This document shows, piece after piece, positions 32,950 to 36,013 of a stretch of DNA of 36,013 nucleotides. The notes under the pieces are model-generated. The model was not told the DNA's origin, ran no database searches, and saw nothing but the letters and a program-made list of their open reading frames with translations. The DNA is from Neoconidiobolus thromboides FSU 785. Taxonomy: Eukaryota; Fungi; Entomophthoromycota. Each line of letters starts with the position of its first letter. Positions within the stretch are counted from its first letter, which is position 1. The stretch spans positions 1 through 36,013 of the forward strand of contig MU626456.1 of the NCBI GenBank assembly GCA_025603075.1. The letters run 5' to 3'. Position numbers and translations under genes: made by a program.

Positions 32950-33630
32950 GTTATATCAACTTCAAAATAATAATATCTGCTATATTTTTCCACAATATCT
33001 TGAAATTATAAAGGGTACTGCCATCATATTGCCAATTAGTGATACCGATAAGCTTATTATCTTTAAGGATAAAAGATTTATTTGAATGTGAGGGTGTTTT
33101 TTTTGACTTCATTACTTTTTCCATCTTTTAAGCGCTATTTTAGTAGAAAAATTGTTAATAAAATTGTTAAATATAAAAATACATTCCCATATAGAGTCTA
33201 AGTAATTAGTATTTTCGAGTTTTTCTAATAACTGCTTTCTCATATAGCTAATAATTGACTTGGTATAGCATGTCATCATTTAATTTTCTATATCCTACTC
33301 CTGATTTATAATCTTAACTAAATCAAAAACATTATATATTTATCCTACAGCTTTTTATTGTAATATTAGAGTACGTTTTCTTAAATTTTTAAATGGTATA
33401 CCAACAAAAATCACATTTTTGTATCTTTTGTTTGTTCTCCATTTGTAAAATGTTTTTAAAAATTAACCAAATGTATTAGCAACTTGTTGTATCTCATATT
33501 TATATATATAAGTTTTTCGTCTTTCTGGATTAGAGATATTTTCCCTTTTGATTTCTATGTTAAATCCTGCTTCTTAGTCCCCTTTTAATTGATTATAAAC
33601 GGCAAGTGCGTTACAACCTTTAGGATTCGT
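32950..33630 (-). pseudogene. Decayed ORF, possibly an APH/kinase-like phosphotransferase, split by MITE copy 11
   Basis: Long stop-interrupted frame upstream of the MITE. Downstream, FILKDNKLIGITNWQYDG resembles the NILV...IIGIIDWE.AG motif of APH-like kinases. Weak evidence, judged by eye. Confidence 0.3.
33086..33192 (-). mobile_element. MITE copy 11
   Basis: ATGT-GAGGGTGTTTTTTTTGACTTCATTACTTTTTCCATCTTTTAAGCGCTATTT...AAAATACATTCCC-ATAT. Confidence 0.86.
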
Positions 33631-33860
33631 CAAGTCTTCTCATCTTTTTGATAGTGCTTAAATCAGATTAAAACTTTAAGTATTACTTGTTTTGACAAAT
33701 GGTGGATTTCAAAAAAAACCCAGATTAAAAGGATATTAACCTTTTAATAAGATATTTGATTTCTGTTATCCTAAGTATATTACTAATATATATGTATATT
33801 TGATTAAACCCAACATATTTATTGACATTTTAACAATAATGAATTTTTCCTAAAAATTTA

Positions 33861-33882
33861 CTAGCCAATAACAGTACGTCAT
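33861..33882 (+). promoter_or_regulatory. CCAAT-box-like and CRE-like motifs upstream of RPT4
   Basis: CTAGCCAAT (33861-33869) followed by TACGTCAT (33875-33882), about 100-115 bp before the ATG. Confidence 0.35.
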
Positions 33883-33977
33883 CTCAAAAAATTTACTCTT
33901 CTAAGCTTTAAAGAAGCATTTCAATTTTTTATTTCAACTAGATTTTATTTTTTAAATAAAAATAATTAAAGAAAACA

Positions 33978-35474
33978 ATGTCACAACCAAGCACTAGTGG
34001 AATGGCCTTAGACTCGCGTCGAGTCAAAGTACTCAAAGAATACCGCAAAAAAATTGGCGAGCATAGGGAGTTGGATGATAAATTAAGAGAACGTAAGTGA
34101 ATAAAATTTAGTGATTTTTAAATTTTAACTAATTATTAGTTCGTCTTGGTTTAAGGGACCAAGCTAAATCCTTTGATAAGAGTGAAAACGATATCAAAGC
34201 TTTACAAAGTATTGGTCAAGTGGTTGGGGAAGTACTTATACAATTGGATGACGATAGATGTAATTCAACTTAATCGGAATTTTTAACAATATCTAATATG
34301 CTTTGTTTTAGTTATTGTTAAAGCTTCAAGTGGACCTAGATATGTAGTGGGATGTCAAAAAAAAATTGACAAAACAAAGCTTAAAATTGGCTCTCGTGTT
34401 ACTTTAGATATGACTACTTTAACTGTAATGAGACATCTTCCAACTGAAGTTGATCCTTTAGTTTATAATATGACTTTGGAAGACCCTGGAGATATTTCAT
34501 TTGCTGGTATTGGTGGTTTATCCGAACAGATTCGTGAACTGAGAGAGGTAATTACAATTTTCCCATATAATGTATATACATTATAACATCCTATTGTAAA
34601 TAGGTTATTGAGCTTCCATTAATGAATCCGGAATTATTTTTAAGAGTCGGAGTTAAACCACCAAAAGGAGTGCTCTTATATGGACCCCCTGGAACTGGTA
34701 AAACATTATTAGCAAGAGCAGTCGCTTCTTCGTTAGAAACCAATTTCTTAAAGGTGGTTTCATCTGCTATTGTTGACAAATATATTGGTGAATCAGCACG
34801 TTTGATTCGTGAAATGTTTAGTAATTTTAACAGCTTAATATTTGCTATTAAACGTTAATATTATATTAGGTTACGCTAAAGAGCATGAACCATGTATTAT
34901 TTTTATGGACGAAATTGATGCGATTGGAGGACGTCGATTATCAGAAGGTACTTCAGCTGATAGAGAAATCCAACGTACTTTAATGGAATTACTTAATCAA
35001 ATGGATGGGTTTGATTACCTTGGTAAAACTAAAATTATCATGGCTACAAATCGACCAGATACTCTTGACCCTGCTCTCCTTCGTCCTGGTAGATTAGATC
35101 GTAAAATTGAAATTCCACTTCCCAATGAACAGGGCCGTATGGAAGTACTGAAAATTCACGCCGGGCCTATTACTAAGCATGGTGAAATAGGTAAGTTTAT
35201 TCTACTTTCTAGAAAGCAGAAATTAAATGAGTTTTAGACTATGAAGCCGTAATCAAGCTTGCTGATGGATTTAATGGAGCTGATTTACGTAATGTTTGTA
35301 CGGAAGCAGGTAAGATCAATGTTCAAATATTTGTTAAAATGTTGAATTATTTTAGGTATGTTCGCTTTGAGAGAGGAAAGAGAATACGTAGTACAAGAAG
35401 ACTTTATGAAAGCTGTGCGTAAGGTTGCAGAATCTAAAAAATTGGAAACCAAACTTGATTATGAAACTATTTAG
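33978..35474 (+). CDS. RPT4: 26S proteasome AAA-ATPase subunit Rpt4 (PSMC6), multi-exon
   Basis: [90 protein letters not shown] and [15 protein letters not shown]. Confidence 0.97.
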
Positions 35475-35716
35475 TTTGCCTTTTATAGGAACTTTTCTCT
35501 CACCCCCTACCCTACAGCGTATCTCATGGTAAATAAATTTTTTTGACCTTTCACTAAGCTGATGCTTTATTTGCGTATGACTTTATTGATTTAATATTTA
35601 GTTAAATTATCCAGAAAACTCCAACTATTAATTTACATGTTTCTGCTAATACAAAAATAAATATATAAAATGAAATTATAGTCAAGGGTTTTATTAAAAA
35701 ATACTTTATTATTGAA

Positions 35717-36013
35717 TTAGCTTTGGGAATATCCGCAATAAAGACTACCATTATTCTCAATACATGTAGTACCTGGACCGCAATTACGATAAACCCAAGT
35801 ACCTTCAGCACAAGTCCAAAACCCATATCCATAATAATCACAATACATAGCACCTTCAATACATTGATATTGATTTGTTTTGATGTTGAATTGACCAGAG
35901 TATTTACCAAGTGGAGTATTTGAAGCTACAACAACATTAGAAATAACAATTTCAGGTGTTTGATTTGAATTAAAAGCAGCAGGAATTAAATTGTTTTGAG
36001 CTTTTTGAGCAGC
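35717..36013 (-). CDS. 3' part of a protein with a C-terminal CBM19-like chitin-binding module (runs off the window end)
   Basis: Open frame from the window end reads AAQKAQNNLIPAAF...QCIEGAMYCDYGYGFWTCAEGTWVYRNCGPGTTCIENNGSLYCGYSQS-stop (35717-35719). The 6-Cys spacing is typical of CBM19. The ORF track shows a different frame here. Confidence 0.75.
   Translation of the reverse strand, partial: AAQKAQNNLIPAAFNSNQTPEIVISNVVVASNTPLGKYSGQFNIKTNQYQCIEGAMYCDYYGYGFWTCAEGTWVYRNCGPGTTCIENNGSLYCGYSQS

Noticed and set aside
3085-33192. Idea that MITE targeting of ATAT relates to ApT 6mA methylation known in early-diverging fungi, or to the nearby AlkB gene
   Set aside because: Nothing in the sequence tests this; it needs methylation data.
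35602-35923. ORF-track proteins at 35602-35910 (-) and 35723-35923 (+)
   Set aside because: They are shadow frames of the CBM19-encoding frame, which is supported by the paralog at nt 1-70.
1-36013. tRNA, rRNA, snRNA, CRISPR arrays or an autonomous transposase
   Set aside because: None was recognised by eye. A covariance-model scan would be needed to exclude small ncRNAs.

Overview
Very AT-rich eukaryotic DNA with many short (about 45-55 nt) GT-AG introns. It is most consistent with an early-diverging (non-Dikarya) fungus; this is inference from gene content, intron size and an AT-AC intron, and the species is not established. About 14 complete, compactly spaced genes are present: GlyRS, a PAP2 lipid phosphatase, a CUE/AlkB/GRF-zinc-finger protein, TyrRS, a UBX protein, an Mrc1-like protein, a Mid2-like surface protein, Clp1, SCP2, Mo25/Hym1, a calmodulin-like protein, Loc1-like, Tvp18, TMEM184-like and Rpt4. 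They are interrupted by gene-poor islands of decayed lineage-specific genes. Main observations: (1) A U12-type AT-AC minor-spliceosome intron in CLP1, nested inside an in-frame GT-AG alternative. (2) An unnamed ~98-bp MITE family, 11 copies in 36 kb, with GRG/CYC termini and a 4-bp AWAT target duplication that can be shown from the sequence itself. (3) Independent insertions of this MITE 9 nt apart at the homologous spot of two F-box/LRR pseudogene paralogs. (4) Near-identical CBM19-type chitin-binding genes facing each other at the two ends of the window. All gene models were read and spliced by eye with no database searches, so family calls need HMM confirmation.
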